Positions 49,335 through 57,792 of a stretch of 64,000 nucleotides of DNA are shown one piece after another. How positions within the stretch are numbered: the first letter of the stretch is position 1; every line of letters starts with the position of its first letter. The DNA is from Bacteroidales bacterium (GTDB lineage: Bacteria; Bacteroidota; Bacteroidia; Bacteroidales; VadinHA17). The notes below the pieces were generated by a model, which was not told the origin of the DNA, searched no databases, and saw only the letters and a program-made list of their open reading frames with translations. The stretch is taken from positions 58,702 to 122,701 of the forward strand of contig JBEKWS010000012.1 of the NCBI GenBank assembly GCA_049512815.1. Reading direction: 5' to 3'. The position numbers were made by a program, and so were the translations under genes.

Positions 49335-50573
49335 TTATTCAAATTCTGCCCTGAGAATATTAACAACCTCTTTAACAGTTTCCTCTTCAAGATCAGTTCT
49401 CTTAACAAGGTCGCTGATTGAAAGGTTCAGAACGCTTCTTGCAGTATCGCAACCAATTGCTTTGAGCTCTTCTATGATCCAGTCTTCAATTTCATCTTCA
49501 AATTCCTCAAGATTAACATCTTCCTCATCTTCTCCACCTGGTTCCCTGTAAACATCAATTTCATACCCGGTAAGCTGACTTGCCAGTTTAATATTCAGGC
49601 CACCTTTACCAATTGCAAGAGATACTTCATTAGGTTTCAGATATATTTCTGCCCGCTTTGTCTCTTCAACCAGTTTGATAGAGGTAATCTTTGCAGGACT
49701 CAGTGCTCTCTGTATAAAGAGCTGATTGTTAGAAGTATAATTGATAACATCTATGTTTTCGTTGCGTAATTCCCTGACTATACCATGTATCCTTGATCCT
49801 TTCATACCAACGCATGCTCCAACCGGATCAATTCTCTCATCGTAGGATTCAACAGCTACTTTGGCGCGTTCCCCTGGTACCCTTACAATGTTTTTAATAG
49901 TAATCAGACCATCAAATATTTCAGGAACTTCAAGTTCAAATAATCTTTCCAGGAATACCGGTGAGGTACGGCTTATGATGATAAAAGGTGTATTGTTTCT
50001 CATTTCAACCTTTATAACTACAGCCCTTATTGAATCTCCTTTACGGAAATGGTCAGAAGGAATCTGTTCGCTTTTAGGCAGAATAAGTTCATTCCCATCA
50101 TCATCAAGAACAAGTATTTCTCTCTTCCATACCTGGTAAACTTCTCCGGTAACTATTTCACCGATCCTGTCTTTGTATTTGATATAGATGTTATTTTTCT
50201 CCAGATCGAGAATTCGTGCAGTAAGGTTTTGTCTTAGAGATAAAATAGCTCTTCTTCCAAAGTCAAGAAACTTGACCTCATCAGAAACTTCTTCTCCGAC
50301 TTCATAATCTTCATCAATCTCTTTGGCCTTTGAAAGAGGTATCTGCATAACAGGATCTGTCAACTCCTTGTCTTCTACCACAACCCTGTTCCTCCATATT
50401 TCAAAGTCACCTTTATCGATATTGACAATAATGTCGAAATTATCTGCTGAACCGTATTTCTTTGCAAGCATACTTCTGAAGACATCTTCAAGAACGCTCA
50501 TCATTGTAGGACGGTCAATATTTTTCAGCTCCTTGAATTCCGAAAAAGTGTCGATTAAATTAACATTTTCCAT
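49335..50573 (-). CDS. nusA: Transcription termination/antitermination factor NusA
   Basis: 412 aa with N-terminal domain, S1 domain (GEIVTGEVYQV) and KH domains (ACVGMKGSRI, LAIGKGGLNIKLASQLTG). Sits between rimP and infB. Confidence 0.95.
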   Translation of the reverse strand: MENVNLIDTFSEFKELKNIDRPTMMSVLEDVFRSMLAKKYGSADNFDIIVNIDKGDFEIWRNRVVVEDKELTDPVMQIPLSKAKEIDEDYEVGEEVSDEVKFLDFGRRAILSLRQNLTARILDLEKNNIYIKYKDRIGEIVTGEVYQVWKREILVLDDDGNELILPKSEQIPSDHFRKGDSIRAVVIKVEMRNNTPFIIISRTSPVFLERLFELEVPEIFDGLITIKNIVRVPGERAKVAVESYDERIDPVGACVGMKGSRIHGIVRELRNENIDVINYTSNNQLFIQRALSPAKITSIKLVEETKRAEIYLKPNEVSLAIGKGGLNIKLASQLTGYEIDVYREPGGEDEEDVNLEEFEDEIEDWIIEELKAIGCDTARSVLNLSISDLVKRTDLEEETVKEVVNILRAEFE

Positions 50574-50593
50574 CTGGTGTAAACCTCTTATTA

Positions 50594-51046
50594 TTATTTA
50601 ATTGTCAAAATAACTCTAGTAGATTTTATCTGTTCAAAATTGAAAGAAACATCCTTCAATTCTTTTGTTCTTCCCTTAACTTTTATTTCAGCCTCAAGTT
50701 CAAATCCCCCAGCCGTAACATTCTTAAGTTTCCCTGCAAATTTTGATCCTTCATTGTCAACAACCTCAACTTTTTTTCCTTCATTTTTGAAATATTGTTC
50801 AATAACTCCAAAAGAAGCATCCAGCCCAGGTGAGGATACCTGCAATTCAAAATCCTCTTTATCACGGTCGAGACCTTTATCAATATGCCGGTGTATTGCA
50901 GCACACTCATCTATTGTTATACCTTCATTTTTATCGGCAAGTACAGTGATCCGGTTCGAACTGCTTACTTTTACAGCAACCAGAAAAAGTCCGGTTCCAT
51001 TTATGAACTCTTCGACTAATCCCTGTATTTTATGTTTTTCAATCAT
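50594..51046 (-). CDS. rimP: Ribosome maturation factor RimP
   Basis: 150 aa. LEVSSPGLD-type motif present as LQVSSPGLD. Conserved position upstream of nusA. Confidence 0.9.
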   Translation of the reverse strand: MIEKHKIQGLVEEFINGTGLFLVAVKVSSSNRITVLADKNEGITIDECAAIHRHIDKGLDRDKEDFELQVSSPGLDASFGVIEQYFKNEGKKVEVVDNEGSKFAGKLKNVTAGGFELEAEIKVKGRTKELKDVSFNFEQIKSTRVILTIK

Positions 51047-51069
51047 TTTCCAAAAACCGATAACAAAAT

Positions 51070-51087
51070 AGGGGACTCTGGTCCCCT
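51070..51087 (-). promoter_or_regulatory. Terminator-like hairpin in the rimP-nusA-infB leader
   Basis: Minus strand reads AGGGGAC-CAGA-GTCCCCT followed by ATTTTGTTATCGGTTTTT. The hairpin ends 23 nt before the rimP ATG and lies downstream of the predicted promoter. Confidence 0.45.
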
Positions 51088-51115
51088 AGGTCTCAAACAC
51101 CCCTCAATTCTGTGG

Positions 51116-51146
51116 CAAAGGTATATATTTATATTAAATCACCAAA
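51116..51146 (-). promoter_or_regulatory. Bacteroidota-type promoter of rimP-nusA-infB
   Basis: Minus strand reads TTTG (51143-51146), a 19-nt spacer, then TACCTTTG (51116-51123). Confidence 0.55.
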
Positions 51147-51172
51147 ATAATCGACATTAATATTGAAGTATT

Positions 51173-52222
51173 ATGCTTGTGGTTCAAATACGTAGCTTGA
51201 AAATCAGGAAACATTTCGATCTTTGCATACGGCTTAAAACTAACCGGGAACAGATCTATTTTTCAGTGAGCACTGTGAAACAAGCGGATATATATGACAG
51301 AAATGGCAGGTTAATTCTTGAGAATTGTACGTTATGTCCAAGGGAGTGCCGGGTAAACAGGTTTGAAGGGGGAACCGGATATTGCAGAACGGATGCAGGT
51401 TTGAATATTGCATCTATCTGTATCCACAGGGGCGAAGAGCCTGTCATAAGCGGGACAAATGGTATTTGTAATATCTTTTTTACAGGATGTAATCTTCATT
51501 GTATTTATTGTCAGAATCATGAAATCAGCCAACCCGGATCGGTAATCCGAAGTACTGAAATGGAACTGGAACCAGTCCTGGATCAAATAGTGCAAATACT
51601 ATCGAAAGGCATACCGGCTGTTGGTTTTGTTTCTCCTTCTCATGTAGTACCACAGGTAAAGGCAATAATAAAAGGGCTTAACAGCCGGGGCCTCAGGCCA
51701 ATAACAGTATACAATACAAATAGTTATGATAAACCTGAAACCATCCGCAGTCTTTCCGGATTGATTGATGTATATCTGCCCGATTATAAATATGTTACCC
51801 GGGAAATTGCATCAGAGTATTCAGATGCTTCAGATTACCCGGTATTAGCACAGAAAGCAATTAAAGAAATGTACTATCAAAAAGGGTCAACTCTCTCGAT
51901 AAATGATAACGATTTGGCAGAAAATGGCCTTCTTGTAAGACATCTTGTTTTACCAGGTCATGTCCAGGAAAGCATAAGTGTTTTACGTTCATTAGCTGAA
52001 GAATTGTCGCCGGGTGTTCATCTTTCAATCATGTCACAATACCATCCTACAACACAGGTTAGAAATCATTCAGTGCTTAACCGTCCGATTTACAAAGCAG
52101 AATATGAGGCTGTTATTGAGGCTATGGAAGATCTGGGCTTCAGAAATGGATGGGTTCAGGATATTGAGAGCAATCTGAGCTACAGACCTGATTTCAGTAA
52201 GGAAAATCCATTTGAATATTAG
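51173..52222 (+). CDS. Radical SAM protein, PflX-like (putative activating enzyme, COG1313-type)
   Basis: N-terminal Cys cluster CTLCPRECRVNR...GYC. Radical SAM cluster CNLHCIYCQN. The true start may be downstream of 51173 (a GTG at ~51266 precedes the conserved region). Confidence 0.65.
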   Translation: MLVVQIRSLKIRKHFDLCIRLKTNREQIYFSVSTVKQADIYDRNGRLILENCTLCPRECRVNRFEGGTGYCRTDAGLNIASICIHRGEEPVISGTNGICNIFFTGCNLHCIYCQNHEISQPGSVIRSTEMELEPVLDQIVQILSKGIPAVGFVSPSHVVPQVKAIIKGLNSRGLRPITVYNTNSYDKPETIRSLSGLIDVYLPDYKYVTREIASEYSDASDYPVLAQKAIKEMYYQKGSTLSINDNDLAENGLLVRHLVLPGHVQESISVLRSLAEELSPGVHLSIMSQYHPTTQVRNHSVLNRPIYKAEYEAVIEAMEDLGFRNGWVQDIESNLSYRPDFSKENPFEY

Positions 52223-52229
52223 CAAAAAA

Positions 52230-52245
52230 TTGGGCTAAAGCCCAA
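52230..52245 (-). terminator. Intrinsic terminator closing the efflux operon
   Basis: Minus strand reads TTGGGC-TTTA-GCCCAA followed by TTTTTTGCT. No T-run on the plus-strand side. Confidence 0.5.
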
Positions 52246-52269
52246 ATCCGGAAAGAAGTCTGAATGAAA

Positions 52270-52986
52270 TTACATAAATTTTTCCCGCTTCTGAAGATTG
52301 TAAAGAGCCACAAGTAAAAAAATGATAGATCCGGTAATCAGGACTATACGGTTTTTAAAAATAATAATTGCCCATGTTGTCTCATTTATATCAAGTGGCA
52401 TGTTAAATGGATTAAGGAACACGTTCCATTGGCTTTTATTCAATGACTCACTTAGAATCAGAAATATCAGCCCGAATGCTATCATGACAACAGCTGTTCC
52501 ATTTCCATTTCTGATAATAGTAGAAAGCATAAAAGCCATTACTCCAAGAAAAATAACAGGCAACATTACCTGCAATGTCATATTTGCAATACGGAATTTA
52601 ACAATAAAAAAAGAAGATAATAATGTAAAAACAAGCATGATGAGGGAAGCAATAATAAATATGAGTACAATTCTTACGAGCCAGACTTTGTACCTGTAGT
52701 TAGGTATTCCAAATAATATTTCAATAGTTCGGGCATCCTGATCATTCTGAATTCCAAAAACAGAAGGATAAAAGACTAAAAGGACCCCTGAGAAAAGAAA
52801 AATTCCATACAGATCCCCCATTTTTGAAACGTCATTTGAGAACACATAAATTATTGAAAGTCCGATATAGAACAAAACTGATCCGGCAAGAAACCAGATG
52901 AACTTATTTGCAAAGATGATCCGTAAATTATAGATGATCATTTTATAAATAAGGATGTAATTATTATATAATCTTGTGCCTTTCAT
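52270..52986 (-). CDS. ABC-2-type transporter permease (six hydrophobic segments)
   Basis: 238 aa and highly hydrophobic, with ~6 predicted helices. Begins 24 nt after the stop of the gene carrying the ABC ATPase domain. An alternative Met lies 15 codons in. Confidence 0.55.
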   Translation of the reverse strand: MKGTRLYNNYILIYKMIIYNLRIIFANKFIWFLAGSVLFYIGLSIIYVFSNDVSKMGDLYGIFLFSGVLLVFYPSVFGIQNDQDARTIEILFGIPNYRYKVWLVRIVLIFIIASLIMLVFTLLSSFFIVKFRIANMTLQVMLPVIFLGVMAFMLSTIIRNGNGTAVVMIAFGLIFLILSESLNKSQWNVFLNPFNMPLDINETTWAIIIFKNRIVLITGSIIFLLVALYNLQKREKFM

Positions 52987-53010
52987 TATATTGATATTAA
53001 CCTGTTTATT

Positions 53011-56000
53011 CTAAGAGGTTGTTCTGTCTTTTTTTCTGAGAAGCCACAAATAAGCGTCCTCAAGATTTGGAGTCACACTAATTGCATCCTGATGGGGCTT
53101 ATCTTCAGAAATACATCTTACTCTGACTTTTTCTCCTTCGGACATATGATGTACAACCAGTTGACTCTCAATAAAACCAGCAAAGTCCTGGGTAGGAATA
53201 TTGAATTGCCATACATGTCCTTCCGCTTCTTTTGTCATATCAATAGGTTTACCCAGATACATCAGAAGCCCCTTATTAAGCACAGCAACCTGGTAGCAGG
53301 AGCTCGAAACATCTTCAATAATGTGGGTAGAGAATATAACCACCCTGTCACGACTAAGTTCTACAAGAAGATTTCTGAACCTGATCCTTTCTCTGGGATC
53401 GAGACCGGCTGTTGGTTCATCAACAACCAGTATACGAGGCAGGTGAAGCAATATTTGTGCTATTCCCATTCTTTGCTTCATTCCACCTGAATATGAACTT
53501 ATTTTTTCATGTCTGCGGTCTTCCAGATGAACAGCTTTAAGGACATAGGTGACTCTATCCTCCCGTGTCTTAACATCAATAATATTCTTAAGCATAGCCT
53601 GGTAGTGAAGATATTCATGGGCTGTCATGTTCTCATAACTTCCAAACTCCTGGGGAAGGTATCCGATGAGTCCCTGCAGCTCTTCTCTCTTGTTTTGAGT
53701 ATCCATTCCATTTATCCAGACTTTACCGTAACTCTGCTCAAGGATACCGCATATAATTCGCATAAGGGTCGTTTTGCCTGCACCGTTTGGTCCAAGAAGG
53801 CCGAACATGCCGTTACCGATATTCAATGAGACACAACTTAAAGCTTTGAAAGGCTTCTTCTTTCTGCCTATCAATGGTATTGCGGCAACTATCTTATAGA
53901 AATTCTTACGGATATTTTTAAACCTGCCTGCGAGGCGATAGATGTCTATATTCTCAGAACTCATTTTAATTCCTGTCTTGTAAATTATAAGGCCGGAAAA
54001 CCAGAGGACTCCCAGTATAAGCACAATTACTATATTATGCCACCTTATCTGAAAGAGATAAATATTGCCCAATGGTATGAGCCAGAATATCAGTCCATCA
54101 AGAATTTTCAGGATCCTGGTATATATTTTCTTTCTTCCTGATGATGCAAAATTTGTCAGTAATTTTTTGAAAGGGATCCAGATACCAAGAAGAGAAAACC
54201 AGATACATATACTGAAGACAAAAATCCAGAAGCCGCTTTTCAGATAAAAATATGTAAAATAGATAACAAACCCTATTAATGGAAGTTGCCAGGTCAGATG
54301 GTTCATATCACTCCATGATGTGTAGTTTTTTGCAAGACCCAGCCTTTCCCTGATTTTAGCACCACCATTCCATTCTCTCAGAAGATGGCTGTCCCTATCA
54401 TATATTTTAACAAGACTCTGAACATAAATATTTATAGGTTCATCAGGAGATATTACAGTCTCTCTTGCCTTCCTCAGGGTATTGATAAAGAACCAGGTAC
54501 CTGCAGGTACAAGGATTAAGGAGAGTATTGTTGTGATTAATTTCCAGAGAAATTGATCAATAAAACTATATATCAAAAGTATAAGTAAAGCAAATATTGT
54601 GATTTGGATAATCTTTGTTTTCCAATTGAGTGAGTAGATCCATTGAAGAGAATTTTCGAGACCAGAATAAAAGGTCGGAATAAATATGAGTGTTAGCATT
54701 GTACTCAGAGTCAGGCCTCCGATGACAGTAATTGCAAATGCAGCACCGATGGAAGCGACAAATTCAGACTTTCCCAAAGCCAGTGGGAAAAGGGCTATTA
54801 CAGTTGTTGATGCAGTGATCAGAATAGGTCTGACCCGTGCAATGCCAGCAGTCATTAAAGCGCGTGAGCGTCTGTAGCCTCTCTTCCTTAAAATATTGGT
54901 GTAATCGATAAGGAGAATCCCATTGTTTACAACCACACCGAGAAGTATAAGGAATCCGATAAGTGTATTGGCATTAAGGAGAGAATTGTTTGTAAGAATA
55001 AGTGCAATAAGCGAGCCCAATGCTGCAAGTGGTATACTGAACATCAGAACCACCGGGGTTGAAAGTGATTCAAAAACCGATGCAAGGATCATATAAATAA
55101 GAAGGAATGCCATTCCGATAAGCCAATAGAAATCTTTTAACGGGTCCTCTTCATGAACGACTTCCACAGCTATTCCTGAAGGTATATTGATACCTGAAAC
55201 TATTGCTTCAATTTCGGCTCTTGCACCTTCCAGCAGATCTTTTGAGCTTATTATATCTGAATTGAAGCTATATGTGACTGTAATCTTTTTTTCCCGGTTT
55301 TCCCTGTGGATGTTACCCATACCGGATGAGAATACAATATTTGATAACTCCTGTATTTCCATTAAATTGGAATTGCTTCCTGTCACCTCGAGGTTTTTAA
55401 GATCATCAATTGTCTTGTCCGTGTTTACCTTGACCTTCCCAGATTCATCAGCATATTTCAGTGTTATATCGTATGTTTCGGTCCCCTGTAAAAAAGTTGC
55501 ACCTGAAGAATATTCTTTCCCAAAGGTGGAAAGCGCTGAAGATATATTGTCCAGAGTGAAATTATTACGTCCAATATAATCCATATCAAACTTTAAATGT
55601 ACTTCAGGGGTATTGTCCTGAACATTAACATTCACACTGCTAATTGTTGACAGATTTTGAATGGCTGCCTTAATGTCATCTGAAATGTTTTTCATCTGGT
55701 CGAAATTCTGCCCTTTTATAATGACACTTTCGGTGGTTGTTCCAATACCCAGAAGGTTCATAAAGTTTGCACCGGGATTTACCGCTCCGGCTCCTCCGGC
55801 TGCTCCGGTATAGCCCCCACCGGAAGAAATCTCATCCATTTCGATTTCTCCTGTCCTAAGGTTTCTGACTTTTTCAAGAATATCATTTTTAATTTCCGGA
55901 AGGGACCTTTTGCTTATCTTATCCCATTTTTCAGCAAGGTTTATAGTCATTGTTGCATCAGTTTCCTCCACCCTGCTTACTATATCTCCTTTTTCCGGTA

Positions 56001-57756
56001 TTCCGCTAAGAGCATGTTCAATTTCGGTAACAAAGGCGTCTGTCTTTTCAAGCGTTGATCCGGAAGGCATTGTAACAGAAAGTCTGAAACTTGAAGTCTC
56101 AACTTCCTTTGTTGAAGATACACTTAAACTAAGACTGATAAGAAGTGCAGCAAAGAACACTACGAGTGTTCCTATTATAGTACCTGCCGGATTCCTCATA
56201 CTGGCTTTTAGGGTGAGATAATACCCCTGAATGAGCCGGTTATGTATTGAAAGCTTTTTAAATATTCCCAAATCCGATACCTTCGCCAATTTAAGAATAA
56301 AATGTGCTGCCATCGGGATAAGAAGCAGAGCAACGGATAATGAAATGATCAGGGTTGAGACAATTGAAACACCTATATTCTTGCCGATAATTTTGATCAT
56401 GAAGTTGTCGGAGAAAAGAAAGGGAAGGAAAACGGTTATAGTCGTTAAAGTTGCCGCAACGATTGATCTCCATACCTCACTCGTTCCCTGCTTAACAGCT
56501 GTATCTATATCCACACCCTGGCTGACAAGACGGTAAATATTCTCCAGGACAACCACCGAATTATCCACAAGCATACCAATGGCAAGAGCCATTCCAACAA
56601 GTGTCAGACTGTTTATTGAGATATTATATGCATAAAAAAAGTTAAAAGCTGCATAAACCGAGATAGGAATTGAAAGTGCAATTATAAAAACCAGGCGGAT
56701 ATTACGTAAAAAGAACCATAATATAAGTACCGCGAGTAAACCTCCGATGACAGCCAGATGAATTATCTGGTTTAAGTTGTTCTCCATAATTTCGGCATTA
56801 TTGTTCTGAACAACTATTTCAACACCTTCGGATTTCAGATTATCATTCAGCGTCTTAACCACATCAAGTGTTTTGTGTGAAAGATCGATCAAGTTGACCT
56901 GATTATCGTTTACCAGAGTAATTGTCACTGCATCAAGCCCATCGACCCTGCTGTATGAGGTCTGCTCTTTAACCCCAAAAATAATGTCGGCAATGTCTTT
57001 CAGGGTTACGGAACCGTTTGGTTTCACAATAATATTCCCGATGTCTTTAACATCAGTATATTCAGATGTCACATTTACAAAAAATTTATTGGTTCCCTCT
57101 TTCACCGATCCGACAAAAGTTTTATCCTTGCCATTATTGTTCAGAAGGTTCGTGACCTGTGCCATGGTTATCCCGTAAGCTTTGCATGCTTTTTCATTTA
57201 GCCTGACCTCAATAGATTTTTGCTGACCTCCATAAATCTGAACACCCGCTATACCAGTAATATTCTGAAGTTCAGGTGATATTTCTTTATCCGTTATGTT
57301 GCGGATCCTGTCTATTCCTCCTTCACCTCTGATCTGTAATTCCATGAACTGGCTGGTAATCTGTGTGAGATCAATTTTTACCACGGTAATTTTGAACACA
57401 ACCGGCAGAGTTGCCTTAACTGAATTTATCTTTTCCTGTAGTTTCAGGTTGGCATATTTCATATTGGCTCTCTGATTGTAATAAAGGATTATCGTCCCGG
57501 AGCGGGAATTAATGTTTGATTCAATCTTTTCAATGCCTTCAAGAGTACCAATTGCACCTTCTAGTGGAACTATTGCCTTGCTTTCAATATAATTCGGATC
57601 CAGCTCAAGAGATGTCGTAACCTGAACAATGAGAGTAGGAAGCTGAGAATTAGGAAAAAGTTCTATCGGGAGTCTCTTATAGGAAACATAGCCAAGCAAT
57701 GTAAGCCCGATAAAGAACATACAAATCAGCACTTTTCTCTTAATAATGAAATTCAT
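53011..57756 (-). CDS. RND efflux permease fused to six extra TM helices and a C-terminal ABC ATP-binding domain
   Basis: Uninterrupted 1581-codon ORF. aa 1-~1040 are RND (GMLVDNSVVVLENI, GVVVNNGILLIDY, 12 TM layout). aa ~1041-1300 carry six hydrophobic segments. aa ~1300-1581 are an ABC NBD (Walker A GPNGAGKT at 53770-53793, Q-loop YLPQE, signature YSGGMKQR, Walker B ILVVDEPTAGLD, H-loop FSTHII). Confidence 0.85.
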   Translation of the reverse strand: MNFIIKRKVLICMFFIGLTLLGYVSYKRLPIELFPNSQLPTLIVQVTTSLELDPNYIESKAIVPLEGAIGTLEGIEKIESNINSRSGTIILYYNQRANMKYANLKLQEKINSVKATLPVVFKITVVKIDLTQITSQFMELQIRGEGGIDRIRNITDKEISPELQNITGIAGVQIYGGQQKSIEVRLNEKACKAYGITMAQVTNLLNNNGKDKTFVGSVKEGTNKFFVNVTSEYTDVKDIGNIIVKPNGSVTLKDIADIIFGVKEQTSYSRVDGLDAVTITLVNDNQVNLIDLSHKTLDVVKTLNDNLKSEGVEIVVQNNNAEIMENNLNQIIHLAVIGGLLAVLILWFFLRNIRLVFIIALSIPISVYAAFNFFYAYNISINSLTLVGMALAIGMLVDNSVVVLENIYRLVSQGVDIDTAVKQGTSEVWRSIVAATLTTITVFLPFLFSDNFMIKIIGKNIGVSIVSTLIISLSVALLLIPMAAHFILKLAKVSDLGIFKKLSIHNRLIQGYYLTLKASMRNPAGTIIGTLVVFFAALLISLSLSVSSTKEVETSSFRLSVTMPSGSTLEKTDAFVTEIEHALSGIPEKGDIVSRVEETDATMTINLAEKWDKISKRSLPEIKNDILEKVRNLRTGEIEMDEISSGGGYTGAAGGAGAVNPGANFMNLLGIGTTTESVIIKGQNFDQMKNISDDIKAAIQNLSTISSVNVNVQDNTPEVHLKFDMDYIGRNNFTLDNISSALSTFGKEYSSGATFLQGTETYDITLKYADESGKVKVNTDKTIDDLKNLEVTGSNSNLMEIQELSNIVFSSGMGNIHRENREKKITVTYSFNSDIISSKDLLEGARAEIEAIVSGINIPSGIAVEVVHEEDPLKDFYWLIGMAFLLIYMILASVFESLSTPVVLMFSIPLAALGSLIALILTNNSLLNANTLIGFLILLGVVVNNGILLIDYTNILRKRGYRRSRALMTAGIARVRPILITASTTVIALFPLALGKSEFVASIGAAFAITVIGGLTLSTMLTLIFIPTFYSGLENSLQWIYSLNWKTKIIQITIFALLILLIYSFIDQFLWKLITTILSLILVPAGTWFFINTLRKARETVISPDEPINIYVQSLVKIYDRDSHLLREWNGGAKIRERLGLAKNYTSWSDMNHLTWQLPLIGFVIYFTYFYLKSGFWIFVFSICIWFSLLGIWIPFKKLLTNFASSGRKKIYTRILKILDGLIFWLIPLGNIYLFQIRWHNIVIVLILGVLWFSGLIIYKTGIKMSSENIDIYRLAGRFKNIRKNFYKIVAAIPLIGRKKKPFKALSCVSLNIGNGMFGLLGPNGAGKTTLMRIICGILEQSYGKVWINGMDTQNKREELQGLIGYLPQEFGSYENMTAHEYLHYQAMLKNIIDVKTREDRVTYVLKAVHLEDRRHEKISSYSGGMKQRMGIAQILLHLPRILVVDEPTAGLDPRERIRFRNLLVELSRDRVVIFSTHIIEDVSSSCYQVAVLNKGLLMYLGKPIDMTKEAEGHVWQFNIPTQDFAGFIESQLVVHHMSEGEKVRVRCISEDKPHQDAISVTPNLEDAYLWLLRKKDRTTS

Positions 57757-57792
57757 TTTATTTACCGGTCTTTGTCATCATAAATAAACTAT

